Part shown: positions 41,477 to 50,276 of the stretch, piece after piece
Layout of the letters: the number at the start of each line of letters is the position of its first letter
Numbering within the stretch: the stretch's first letter is position 1
Source of the DNA: Minisyncoccota bacterium
Lineage (GTDB): Bacteria; Patescibacteriota; Minisyncoccia; Minisyncoccales; GCA-002788555
Direction of reading: 5' to 3'
Assembly: GCA_028716825.1 (NCBI GenBank)
Contig: JAQUPA010000001.1
Location: 13,071 to 77,070 of the forward strand
Length of the DNA stretch: 64,000 bases
Position numbers and translations under genes: made by a program
Notes under the pieces: model-generated
Seen by the model: the letters and a program-made list of their open reading frames with translations, nothing else
Database searches by the model: none
Told to the model about the DNA's origin: nothing

Positions 41477-42118
41477 GTGGTGAAAATGAAAAAGTTTTGG
41501 ATTTATTTTGCAATTATAATGTCCGTCCTTTTGATAGGGGGTATTATAATAACTGCTGTTCTTGGCATTCTTGATGATATCTATGCTTGGGCTTGGGTGG
41601 GCCTTGTTATGTTGCTAATAGCAGTATTATTTATAGCGGCATACGGCGAATATATTATATCAGCCATCGGCCTTGTCGATTTGTACTTCTTCTTTGCAAT
41701 GATTTTCAACTTCCAATGGAAATACTTTCTGTATTTCTTAGCAACAAGTGCTATTCTTGTTCTTGTAGCTATTATATACGTATTTCTTAAAGAAATTGGA
41801 TTGGTTGATTTTGAAGAATTCTTTAGTTCCTCTGAAGGAAAAAGTTCTTCAGGGGGTTCTTCAGGGGGTTCTTCAGGAGATTCCTTTATAGGAAGCTCAA
41901 AGAGCAGGAAAGAAAAGGAATATTGCAGAAAGTGTGGAAGCTTTAACCATAGTACCTTTGCACATGGTAGTCATGCAGAAAAGTCTCCAAGCGAATGCAG
42001 GGAATGTGGAAGTCAATACCACATAACTTTGGATCACAAAGAGTGTGGAGTTTGTGAGAGTACAGAGCATGATACTTCAGAACATATACCATTCAGCGGT
42101 AAATTAGAAGGAGATTGA
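41477..42118 (+). CDS. membrane protein with C-terminal triple Cys/His repeat (zinc-ribbon-like)
   Basis: Four to five TM helices, an SSGGSSGGSSG linker, then three repeats CRKCGSFNHSTFAH / CRECGSQYHITLDH / CGVCESTEHDTSEH. ATG 41486 is the likelier start. Confidence 0.55.
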   Translation: MVKMKKFWIYFAIIMSVLLIGGIIITAVLGILDDIYAWAWVGLVMLLIAVLFIAAYGEYIISAIGLVDLYFFFAMIFNFQWKYFLYFLATSAILVLVAIIYVFLKEIGLVDFEEFFSSSEGKSSSGGSSGGSSGDSFIGSSKSRKEKEYCRKCGSFNHSTFAHGSHAEKSPSECRECGSQYHITLDHKECGVCESTEHDTSEHIPFSGKLEGD

Positions 42119-42150
42119 GTCCCTTATGGGCCAAGAGACAATATTAAAAC

Positions 42151-42186
42151 GCGGGAAGTCTAAGGATTTCCCGCCTGTTTTATTTT
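42151..42186 (+). terminator. rho-independent terminator
   Basis: GCGGGAAGTCTAAGGATTTCCCGC hairpin followed by CTGTTTTATTTT. Confidence 0.7.
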
Positions 42187-42246
42187 CAAATATAAAAACA
42201 AGATTATTTATTCCTGAAAGATTTTCGAGATTTGATTTTTTCCGCC

Positions 42247-42275
42247 TTGTAAAGGGAAGTTTTTTATGTTATACT
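42247..42275 (+). promoter_or_regulatory. sigma70-type promoter (TTGTAA, 17 nt, TATACT with extended TG)
   Basis: TTGTAA at 42247-42252 and TATACT at 42270-42275. Confidence 0.5.
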
Positions 42276-42362
42276 GTCTTTGGTTTGAGTTAACTCTCGT
42301 GTTTCTTATTTAAAGTTATCTTTAAATTTTGTACTCCGAGGGGATCAAACGGGGTCGATTAG

Positions 42363-42414
42363 TCCTTTGAAACAGCGGTTTTTTACCGCTCCTGCTTGGC
42401 AGGGTTTCAAAGGA
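42363..42414 (+). promoter_or_regulatory. three-way-junction RNA structure in the 5' UTR of the RRM protein gene
   Basis: P1 TCCTTTGAAAC/GTTTCAAAGGA (11 bp) encloses P2 AGCGG-TTTTTT-ACCGCT and P3 CCTGC-TTG-GCAGG. Confidence 0.5.
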
Positions 42415-42456
42415 TAAATGCCTGTTATTAAACAGGATAAAATTTAGAGAAAACGT

Positions 42457-42723
42457 ATGGAAGAAGCAAAAAACAAGCTCTACGTTGGAAACTTGGCATA
42501 TGAAATCAACGATGAAAAGCTGAAAGAAATTTTTTCAGCTGCCGGTGAAGTAACAGAAGCCGTTGTTATCATGGACAAGATTTCCGGACGTTCAAAGGGT
42601 TTTGGCTTTGTTACAATGAAAGATGACGCTGCAGCTGAAAAAGCTATTGAGCAGCTAAACGAAACAGACCTCGAAGGAAGGAAAATCATTGTTAACGTTG
42701 CAAGACCAATGCGCGAAAGATAA
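42457..42723 (+). CDS. RRM-domain RNA-binding protein
   Basis: RNP-2 LYVGNL and RNP-1 KGFGFVTM. Confidence 0.85.
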   Translation: MEEAKNKLYVGNLAYEINDEKLKEIFSAAGEVTEAVVIMDKISGRSKGFGFVTMKDDAAAEKAIEQLNETDLEGRKIIVNVARPMRER

Positions 42724-42744
42724 AATTGATTATCTTAGCAGAAA

Positions 42745-42772
42745 AAGCGGATCTTATTGATCCGCTTTTTTA
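42745..42772 (+). terminator. rho-independent terminator
   Basis: AAGCGGATCTTATTGATCCGCTT hairpin followed by TTTTT. Confidence 0.8.
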
Positions 42773-43025
42773 TTGTTTTTCTATAACTTGGTTGAAGGAG
42801 AAGAGTAATGGGAGGAAGAGGGTCGGCTTTAAAAGACCGTTTTCCCCGAAAGTGTTCCTGTAAACGGAATTACACTTCCGAGAGCTCTCTATTTTATCAA
42901 TTGAGTTTATTCTTGAATAAAATCGGAATTTATTGTATACATCAGAATTAACCTATTTAGCACATAGTGCCAAAAGAGGTTTAAAATATATAAAAAAAGG
43001 AGGAAGTTGAGTTAAAGGAGGGGAG

Positions 43026-43817
43026 GTGATTTGCTTGTCATTTAACGATAACCACAAACTGGAGCTTGAAAACGATGAGGACTTGGTAAAGCTGGCTCAG
43101 CAAGGAAACGAAGAAGCCCAGCGAGTCTTGTTAGAGCGTTATAAATACATAGCAAGCACGAAAGCAAGTTTGTATTTTCTTCCCGGAGGAGATCAAGACG
43201 ATTTATTCCAGGAAGGGATGATTGGCCTTTTTAAGGCAATTCGCGGTTATCAAGAGGGGCGCGATTCTTCTTTTAAGAGCTTTGCTTTTTTGTGCGTTTC
43301 TCGAAGTATAGTCACAGCACTAATACTAGCAAATCGCCGGAAGCACAAAGCTCTTGATGGTTATTCCTCTTTAGATAAATACGTTAGCCCAGATGGGGAA
43401 GAAGGCAATAACCATTTGCCGGCCAGCTACTTGGAAGATCCAGAAGAGATTTTTATCAACAATATAGAAAGAGAGGAGATGGAGGTCTTCTTACGAGAGA
43501 AGTTGTCACCCTTTGAATTTGCGGTAGTTCAGCTATTTATTCAAGGATTTTCTTACAGGGAAATAGCCAAAAAGCTGGGCATATCCGAAAAGCAGGTTGA
43601 CAATGCTCTCTGTAGAGCGAGGGTTAAGACCAAGCGGTATGCAGAATACATGGACACAAAGGATAAAAAAAAGGAGGTGTTAAAGGTGCCAATTAGCGGA
43701 TACACCATCTTTATGAAAGAGCAGTACAGAAAAGGACTAACAATGGATCAAGCTCTTGAGGCCTATAGAGAGCTATCACCGGAGAAGAAGGAAGTGTTGT
43801 CAAACGAAGCAAAGTAG
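43026..43817 (+). CDS. sigma-70 family sigma factor, SigH (Spo0H)-like, with a ~60 aa C-terminal extension
   Basis: Region 2 DLFQEGMIGLFKAIRGY...SFKSFAFLCVSRSIVTAL and region 4 SYREIAKKLGISEKQVDNALCRARVK, co-linear with Bacillus SigH. GTG 43026 or TTG 43035 start after AGGAGGGGAGGTG. Confidence 0.75.
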   Translation: MICLSFNDNHKLELENDEDLVKLAQQGNEEAQRVLLERYKYIASTKASLYFLPGGDQDDLFQEGMIGLFKAIRGYQEGRDSSFKSFAFLCVSRSIVTALILANRRKHKALDGYSSLDKYVSPDGEEGNNHLPASYLEDPEEIFINNIEREEMEVFLREKLSPFEFAVVQLFIQGFSYREIAKKLGISEKQVDNALCRARVKTKRYAEYMDTKDKKKEVLKVPISGYTIFMKEQYRKGLTMDQALEAYRELSPEKKEVLSNEAK

Positions 43818-43871
43818 ATAAGGGACTCTAATAAGGTTTTTCCTGAAGCTGAAAGAGGAGGTTCAGAACCG

Positions 43872-43988
43872 GTGATACCAGCGTCTCTGGAGGGAGTCTT
43901 CAAATCATTGAAGGTTTTCCTCGAAGAGGAGCTCGAGAGTACCAGGCGCAAGGAGGCAATCCTTACAGGATTGATCGACCTACTTTAG
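43872..43988 (+). CDS. possible 38-aa small ORF
   Basis: GAGGAGG sits 10 nt before GTG. Followed by the terminator at 44012-44039 (GCGGG-A-GTC-GCAA-GAC-C-CCCGC then TTTTT). Weak. Confidence 0.2.
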   Translation: MIPASLEGVFKSLKVFLEEELESTRRKEAILTGLIDLL

Positions 43989-44286
43989 ACATACACAATC
44001 GCAACATGTGGGCGGGAGTCGCAAGACCCCCGCTTTTTCTATTTAAATTAGCAGTCTAAACACTTGACTGCTAAATTTATTTTTTTATAATTAAGTATAT
44101 TTAGTAATTAAACAATTAAAAAATCCTGCATGTAATCTTGATTGCTGGATTTTTAAGAAACCGTTTTTTCTTTAAGTTATCTCTTTTTAAAAGACAACCC
44201 TTAAACAACCTACGCTTTCCGAAAACCAGCAATAAAACGGCTGGTTTTTTTACAAAAGGCCGAATTTTTAAACTATTTCAAAATTT

Positions 44287-44517
44287 ATGATCAAGAAAAA
44301 TTTTCACAGCGTTCCTCAGGGTGATGCTTGGGCAATAAAAAAAGAGGGTGTTGATAGGCCGGTTTCAAAACACAGAACACAGGCCATTGCAGAAGAAAAA
44401 ACTCGTGTTCTTGCTAGAAGGGTTGAAGTAGAAGCAATCTATCATAACAAACAGGGGATTATTAAAGGCAGAGATAGTTATGGAAATGATCCATGTCCAC
44501 CAAAAGACAAAAATTAA
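44287..44517 (+). CDS. DUF2188-family small protein
   Basis: HSVPQGDAWAIKKEG...RDSYGNDPCPPKDK matches the DUF2188 pattern (HVVP..GW.VK.EG ... DSYGNDP.PP). Confidence 0.6.
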   Translation: MIKKNFHSVPQGDAWAIKKEGVDRPVSKHRTQAIAEEKTRVLARRVEVEAIYHNKQGIIKGRDSYGNDPCPPKDKN

Positions 44518-44550
44518 AGGTCACAATATAAACTAACTAAAAATCAAAAT

Positions 44551-44730
44551 ATGGATTTTAATAAGTTTCTTAGTGAAATAAGAAAGAAAGATGGGGAAGA
44601 AACTGCTCGGAGAGCAAATACTCTTGTTAATTTTGAAACCTTAAAAGAGTTGCTTATCCGGAAAGAAATTATTTCAGAAGGAGAATTTAGAAAAGTCAGA
44701 GAAGAAGTTTGTGAAAGGTATAAAAAGTAG
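44551..44730 (+). CDS. 59-aa hypothetical protein (preferred over the antisense ORF 44544-44792)
   Basis: Co-directional with its neighbours. Charged helical peptide MDFNKFLSEIRKKDGEETARRAN... Confidence 0.3.
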   Translation: MDFNKFLSEIRKKDGEETARRANTLVNFETLKELLIRKEIISEGEFRKVREEVCERYKK

Positions 44731-44757
44731 ACAAGATCAAGGATAAAAAACTTAGGC

Positions 44758-45441
44758 ATGAAATGTTTATTTATTGATGAGACAGAATGCAAACAAAGAG
44801 ATCCTAATTTTTTCGGAGTCGGTGGACTTTTTGTTGACTCCTTTTTCTATAAAACCCTAAAAAGATCTTTTAAATCTTGTTTTGAGAGTTTGGGGTGGGA
44901 TGAGAAAAAGGAGCTTAAAGGAAGCTATCTATTTTCTTCACGGAAAGGAGATAAAAATGTGCCGGTGGATAAAAGAATTAAGCTTGTAAGGGAAATTGTT
45001 GATTGTACAAGAGCGAAACAGCGATCACGAATTAATTTTTATTTTACAAGCAACGGGAAAAAGAGAAGTGAAAAAAATTATTTATTCTTATTAAAGAAAA
45101 TAATTAAATCACTTAAAAATTATCCTGATAAAAACGATAAAAATTTAGTAATTATAACAATACATCAGTGTTCTGAATTTAAAGAAAAGAATATCAAAAA
45201 AATAATTAATGAAAATTTGAAGGCAAGACTAGTTTTATTTGAAAAACCCTTTATAATCCACTCAGAAAACGAAGCATGCGGTATGATTATTGTCGATATT
45301 TTAAACTACCTAAAAATGTGGATTGTCCTTAATCCCGAGGAGAAAAGTCAATTAAAATTATTTCCGAGTGTTAACCAAAAAAAATTAGCACAAGTTACAG
45401 AAATATTAGCAACAATTAAAAACATCAAAGATGTAAAATAG
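44758..45441 (+). CDS. hypothetical protein with a DUF3800-like N-terminus
   Basis: N-terminal MKCLFIDETE (the hhhDESG-like start typical of DUF3800). 227 aa. Confidence 0.4.
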   Translation: MKCLFIDETECKQRDPNFFGVGGLFVDSFFYKTLKRSFKSCFESLGWDEKKELKGSYLFSSRKGDKNVPVDKRIKLVREIVDCTRAKQRSRINFYFTSNGKKRSEKNYLFLLKKIIKSLKNYPDKNDKNLVIITIHQCSEFKEKNIKKIINENLKARLVLFEKPFIIHSENEACGMIIVDILNYLKMWIVLNPEEKSQLKLFPSVNQKKLAQVTEILATIKNIKDVK

Positions 45442-45467
45442 GAAATCTAATTTATAAATAAAAATTT

Positions 45468-46091
45468 ATGTCAAAAAATAAAGTAGATAATCCAATAGTA
45501 AAAGTAGACTACGAAGAAGCTAAAAAACTTGCAGATTTAGGTGCTATTGTTCAAGATTTAAGTTTTGTAATGAAAACGTGTTCGCGTCTTGAGAGACTAT
45601 TAAAAGAAAAATCCAAAGACAGTTTGTTAATCGAAAATATGTGGACTGCTGTATTAATAAGATATGCTAGATGTTTCGCAGACGGGAAAAGATTTGGTTT
45701 GTCAGAATCAATATTTGACAATTTAAATGGTGAGCCACATAAAGCGCACAAATTTTATCTTGATTTGAGAGACAAACATATTGCTCATTCTGTAAATCCA
45801 TTTGAGCAAGTGGCGGTAGGACTAATATTGTCTCCGCAGAACATTGAAAGTAAGAAGATAATTAAGGTTGTAACAATGACTATGAGGCATATGATAACAG
45901 ACATTGAGGGAGTTCATCAGCTTGGATGTTTAGCAAAGGTTTTATTAGAGGAAGCATGCAACATAGCCAAGCAATACGAAAAAGAGATATTAAAGAAAGC
46001 TAAAAGTATTCCTATTGATGGTTTATACAATTATCCCAGACTTCGTATGATTGCGCCTGGGCCTGAATCGGCAGATAAACCAAGGTCATAG
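45468..46091 (+). CDS. hypothetical protein
   Basis: 207 aa, no recognisable motif. Adjacent to the DUF3800-like gene. Confidence 0.4.
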   Translation: MSKNKVDNPIVKVDYEEAKKLADLGAIVQDLSFVMKTCSRLERLLKEKSKDSLLIENMWTAVLIRYARCFADGKRFGLSESIFDNLNGEPHKAHKFYLDLRDKHIAHSVNPFEQVAVGLILSPQNIESKKIIKVVTMTMRHMITDIEGVHQLGCLAKVLLEEACNIAKQYEKEILKKAKSIPIDGLYNYPRLRMIAPGPESADKPRS

Positions 46092-46134
46092 TGCAAAAAA
46101 CTAGAAAATTTATTTAATTAAGGAGTAAAAATTT

Positions 46135-46539
46135 ATGAATCAAGATGATTATAATGCAAGAAAAAGAAAAGAAGAATTATTTCATTTATTTAAAGAATCG
46201 GTATTAGGTCGTTTGAATTTCTCAATAATTGTTAGTACATTGTCAGCAACCTTGCTTATAGTTGCAACTTTTAACAAAGAGTTAATTCCGGTTAATGATT
46301 TTACAAAAACTCTTCTTACAATTTTATTATTGCTTATACCGAGTGGATTATTTCTATATCTTTATGAATTAAATCAGACTGGTGTTGATTCAGCAAAAGC
46401 CTTGAAAAAAGAAATTAATGAAGATTTGAAGCAAAGAAAAAAGAATATATTTCTTTGGTTTAGCGTCTATTTTCCGTGGATCGGCCTTGCCATTATATCG
46501 TTTGTTATTTTCTCAATAATTTGGATAATTTGGCGATAG
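46135..46539 (+). CDS. small membrane protein (3 TM helices)
   Basis: Hydrophobicity pattern. RBS AAGGAG before the ATG. Confidence 0.45.
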   Translation: MNQDDYNARKRKEELFHLFKESVLGRLNFSIIVSTLSATLLIVATFNKELIPVNDFTKTLLTILLLLIPSGLFLYLYELNQTGVDSAKALKKEINEDLKQRKKNIFLWFSVYFPWIGLAIISFVIFSIIWIIWR

Positions 46540-46686
46540 GTAAAGGCAAGGATTGCTGAAAATTGAAAAAATAAAATTAGACAGCCAATTTACAAATTTT
46601 TGTTTAAATATTTCCGCGATTTTGTTAGAATGAGTGGGTTAGGAGAATGATGAATCATGAATCACGAATAAAGCGAAAATAAATCT

Positions 46687-46917
46687 ATGAGAAGACAAAA
46701 AATTGGTATTATAATGATTGTTATAGGAGTATTGGGATATATTTATAATCCTTTAATGGATGCCGGGAGTAACTGTGTTCTTGATGGTGGTTGTGGTTTT
46801 GGTTCGGCTATGCCAAGAATACCTTATTTTTTAATTCCGATTTTCTTGATTATTTTAATCATCGGGATTATTCTTGCCGTCATTAAAGAGAAAAACCATG
46901 GCAAAAATGAAAACTAA
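46687..46917 (+). CDS. small membrane protein (2 TM helices) with a GGCGFG motif
   Basis: Hydrophobicity pattern. Confidence 0.4.
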   Translation: MRRQKIGIIMIVIGVLGYIYNPLMDAGSNCVLDGGCGFGSAMPRIPYFLIPIFLIILIIGIILAVIKEKNHGKNEN

Positions 46918-47302
46918 ACTCATTGCGCCGTGCGGGATGAATTGCAATATTTGTATGGCATATTTGCGAGAAAAAAATAAATGCCTTGGCTGTAGATATA
47001 TTACCCCAAAAAATTCTATTTCCCGCGTAAAGTGCAGGATTAAAAATTGCAAAAAGCTTAAAGAGACAAGCTCTGGCTTTTGTTTTTTGTGCAAAGATTT
47101 TCCCTGCAAGAGAATAAAGCATTTGGATAAAAGATACAGAACAAAATACAATATGAGCGAGATTGAAAACCTTTTATATATTAAAAAATTTGGAGTAAGA
47201 AAATTTATACAAAAAGAAAAGAAAAAATGGACCTGCAAAAAATGCGGTGGTACAATCTGTTGTCATAGAGGAGTATGCTTTAGCTGTGGTTCTAAGAAAT
47301 AA
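46898..47302 (+). CDS. Cys-rich DUF3795-like protein
   Basis: MAKMKTKLIAPCGMNCNICMAYLREKNKCLGCR...CRIKNC...CFLCKDFPCKR...CKKCGGTICCHRGVCFSCG. The CG.NC..C.AY...C.GC pattern is typical of DUF3795. Confidence 0.5.
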   Translation: MAKMKTKLIAPCGMNCNICMAYLREKNKCLGCRYITPKNSISRVKCRIKNCKKLKETSSGFCFLCKDFPCKRIKHLDKRYRTKYNMSEIENLLYIKKFGVRKFIQKEKKKWTCKKCGGTICCHRGVCFSCGSKK

Positions 47303-47407
47303 CTTTTTTAATACGAATTTTTATTTGACAATCTTAGGTTTTTTTGTTAATAATATATATAGCGATTTTGGGAAATTCCCAAAATCTTTTTATTTAAGGA
47401 GGCAAAG

Positions 47408-47641
47408 ATGGATAGGTATTTCTATACTTTCCGTTACCAGACAATTCCCAGCTGTAAAGATTTTCACCTGTCTGATATTTCTGTCAGAAGTATAAGGGCG
47501 GAAAACGAAGAAGCAGCAATCCAAAGGGCCAAGAAAATGGTCAAGGCCCAGGAAAGAAAGCTGAATAGCGGGTGTAAAATCTTTGAGTGCGATCTTATAC
47601 TGGTCGCCAAAGAGGTCTGGAGAAATCCAGATAATATCTAA
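47408..47641 (+). CDS. small hypothetical protein (high-GC)
   Basis: RBS AAGGAGG before the ATG. Followed by a terminator at 47667-47686 (CCCT-GCAA-AGGG then TTTTTT). Confidence 0.45.
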   Translation: MDRYFYTFRYQTIPSCKDFHLSDISVRSIRAENEEAAIQRAKKMVKAQERKLNSGCKIFECDLILVAKEVWRNPDNI

Positions 47642-47848
47642 TAAGGAGGTGAGCTCATCATTGAAAAACCCTGCAAAGGGTTTTTTCAATATAAATTACT
47701 TTTCTTTATTTTATAGAAAGAAATTGACAGAAGATTATTTTGTGCTATATTCTAAAATCCAAACAATGTTCTTTGATTTTGGTCTTTAAGTGGACCTTTA
47801 TATATTTCCCGTAAAGCCGTAGAAGAATAAGATATTTAGGAGGTTAAA

Positions 47849-49225
47849 ATGAGATCAAGAGACATTTTTGACAGTCTTTCGCCGATTGACTATCGATACT
47901 GGGACGAGGAAGTGGCGAGGTATCTCTCCGAGAATGGGTTCACCACTTACAAACTTCTAGTAGAGCTTGCGCTTGCAAAGGTGCTTCATCGTCAAGGTAT
48001 CTGCTCAAAAGCCGCTGTCCAAGAAATCGAGTCGGCTTGTAGTAAGGTGAGGACCGCTGAGGTGTATGACGAAGAAGATCGAATTCGTCACGACATCCGT
48101 GCCCTCGTAAACTGTATCCGCGCCAAGGTGAGCGAGAAAACGAAGCCATACGTTCATATGACGGCAACCTCGTATGACATCGTTGATTCAGCAAACGCTG
48201 TTCGTTACCAGGAGGTCGTTAAGGACGTACTTCTTCCAACACTCATGAACTTGGAAGAGGTTCTCATCGCGATTGCACTTCGCGAAGCCGAGACAGTACA
48301 GGTTGGTAGGACGCACGGCCAGCATGCAGTTCCGATTACTTTCGGATTCGCGATCGCCGGCTATGTGAGTCGCCTGGGCGGGTCAATTGAGAAGTTGAAA
48401 AAGCTTTCTTCTGAGCTTCCTGGGAAGTTCTCGGGAGCAGTCGGAGCATATAATGCTTCGTCGCTTTTCTTCGATGACCCCGAGGACTTTGAGGCCAAAG
48501 TGCTCGCCGAGTTAGACCTTAAGCCAGCTGGGCACTCAACGCAGATTGTGCCACCCGAACCTCTGACTCGGCTTTTCTGCGAAGTTACGATCGCGGCAGG
48601 AGTACTGGCCAACTTGGCCGATGATATGCGGCATCTCCAGCGGACGGAGATCGGAGAGGTGGGTGAGGAGTTTGAAGCGGCGCAGGTTGGATCTTCCACC
48701 ATGCCGCAGAAACGCAATCCCATCAACTTCGAGAACGTTAAGAGCTTATGGGAGATTGTTATGCCCCGCATCGTGACGGTGTTTATGGATCAGATCAGTG
48801 AGCATCAGCGCGACCTTACCAACTCTGCGTCTGCACGGACTTATGGCGAGGTTATCACCTACGTGGTTTCAATGGCAAAGCGCCTGACGCGCACGATGAA
48901 AAAGCTTACAGTTGATCGTGCTAACCTGGAGCGAAACCTTGCCATACAGGAAGGGTTGGTGGTTGCAGAGCCTCTCTATATCATCCTTGCAGCGTTGGGA
49001 CATCCTGATGCCCATGAGAAAGTGAGGATACTCACACTGCAGGCTCAAAGCGAGAAACGGCCGCTCCAAGAGGTTTTTGCCGATGACACAGAGATGAAAG
49101 TGTATCTTGAGAAGATGACGCCATATCAACGGCAGATCCTTTCAGATCCGTCTCTCTACATCGGCATTGCTGCAAAGAAAGCAAGAGATGTCGCAGAACA
49201 TTGGAAGCAAAGGTTAGGAGGTTGA
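47849..49225 (+). CDS. purB: adenylosuccinate lyase
   Basis: 458 aa, fumarate-lyase superfamily (GSSTMPQKRNP). GC about 52%, far above the background. RBS TAGGAGG. Confidence 0.85.
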   Translation: MRSRDIFDSLSPIDYRYWDEEVARYLSENGFTTYKLLVELALAKVLHRQGICSKAAVQEIESACSKVRTAEVYDEEDRIRHDIRALVNCIRAKVSEKTKPYVHMTATSYDIVDSANAVRYQEVVKDVLLPTLMNLEEVLIAIALREAETVQVGRTHGQHAVPITFGFAIAGYVSRLGGSIEKLKKLSSELPGKFSGAVGAYNASSLFFDDPEDFEAKVLAELDLKPAGHSTQIVPPEPLTRLFCEVTIAAGVLANLADDMRHLQRTEIGEVGEEFEAAQVGSSTMPQKRNPINFENVKSLWEIVMPRIVTVFMDQISEHQRDLTNSASARTYGEVITYVVSMAKRLTRTMKKLTVDRANLERNLAIQEGLVVAEPLYIILAALGHPDAHEKVRILTLQAQSEKRPLQEVFADDTEMKVYLEKMTPYQRQILSDPSLYIGIAAKKARDVAEHWKQRLGG

Positions 49226-49247
49226 ACTTCGAGGTATTTATGCCCGT

Positions 49248-49280
49248 GGGCGCTACTGTCAATTCAGTGGCGCCCTTTTC
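49248..49280. terminator. hairpin terminator between the convergent purB and porB genes
   Basis: GGGCGCTACTG...CAGTGGCGCCC followed by TTTTC. Confidence 0.6.
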
Positions 49281-49307
49281 ATTTAAGAAAATTTCTCTTT
49301 ATGAGTT

Positions 49308-50276
49308 TTATTTTTTTTCTTCAAGCTTTAATAGTCTCTTCCATTCTTTATTTACGATTTTTTGGAGTTCTTCTATTTTTTCAGGATAATCTTTCAAGTG
49401 AGCAAATCTTTTTTGCTGGTTTATAAATTCTTTAATTGGTTTTTCTTTTGCTGGTTTTATATTTACTATATATTTTCCATTTTCAACTTCATATAAAGGC
49501 CAGAAGTTTGTTTCTGTTGCAAGTTTTGAAATTTCAAGCGTTTTTGCGGGTGGGAATCCCCAGATTGTTGTGCAGGGGGCAAGTATAATTAATGCTGTTG
49601 GCCCTTTGGTCTCAATTGCTTTTTTTGCTTTTTTCTTTAAATCCTCAAGGTCATGGATTGCGGCCTGCGCAACATAAGGGCTTCTGTGTGCGACCAAGAT
49701 TTCTGTTAAATTTTTTCTTTGTTCTTCTTTGCCCTTTTTTACTTTTCCGGCTGGCGTTGTAGTTGTGTCAGCCCCCAGGGGGGTGGCCCCTGATCTTTGC
49801 CCGCCAGTATTTTGGTACCCTTCGTTATCATAAACTACCAAGGTAAAATCATGGCCCCGTTCAAATGCTCCCGAGATTGCCTGAAAGCCAATATCATATG
49901 CGCCCCCATCCCCGGCAAAAGCAACAAACTTTATTTTCTCTTCAAAGCCATTTTTCTTTCTGTATTTAAAAGCACTTTCAACACCTGCAATAGTTGAGGC
50001 AACATTTTCAAAGGCGTTATGTATGCAGGGGATATTCCAGGCATTATATGGATATATGGTTGAGGTAACTTCAAGGCACCCTGTTGCGACGCCAGCGACA
50101 ATGGGTTTTTCTGTTTGGGATAAAACATTATTTACAATTAAAGGGATTGCGCATCCCGCACAAGTTCTTCCTCCTGGTGAATATTTTGGATTATTCTTTT
50201 TTACTTCAGCCATGTTATTAGTTATTTGTTTTATGCTATTAGTTTTTTTACTTGATCCATTTGATTTTGTTATCAA
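49308..50276 (-). CDS. porB: 2-oxoacid:ferredoxin oxidoreductase beta subunit (TPP-binding)
   Basis: GDGG TPP motif (FAGDGGAYDIGF) and Cys ligands for the 4Fe-4S cluster. Confidence 0.8.
   Translation of the reverse strand: MITKSNGSSKKTNSIKQITNNMAEVKKNNPKYSPGGRTCAGCAIPLIVNNVLSQTEKPIVAGVATGCLEVTSTIYPYNAWNIPCIHNAFENVASTIAGVESAFKYRKKNGFEEKIKFVAFAGDGGAYDIGFQAISGAFERGHDFTLVVYDNEGYQNTGGQRSGATPLGADTTTTPAGKVKKGKEEQRKNLTEILVAHRSPYVAQAAIHDLEDLKKKAKKAIETKGPTALIILAPCTTIWGFPPAKTLEISKLATETNFWPLYEVENGKYIVNIKPAKEKPIKEFINQQKRFAHLKDYPEKIEELQKIVNKEWKRLLKLEEKK

Noticed and set aside
44544-44792. 82-aa minus-strand ORF
   Set aside because: It is antisense to a co-directional 59-aa + strand ORF with a better start context. 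All neighbours are on the + strand.
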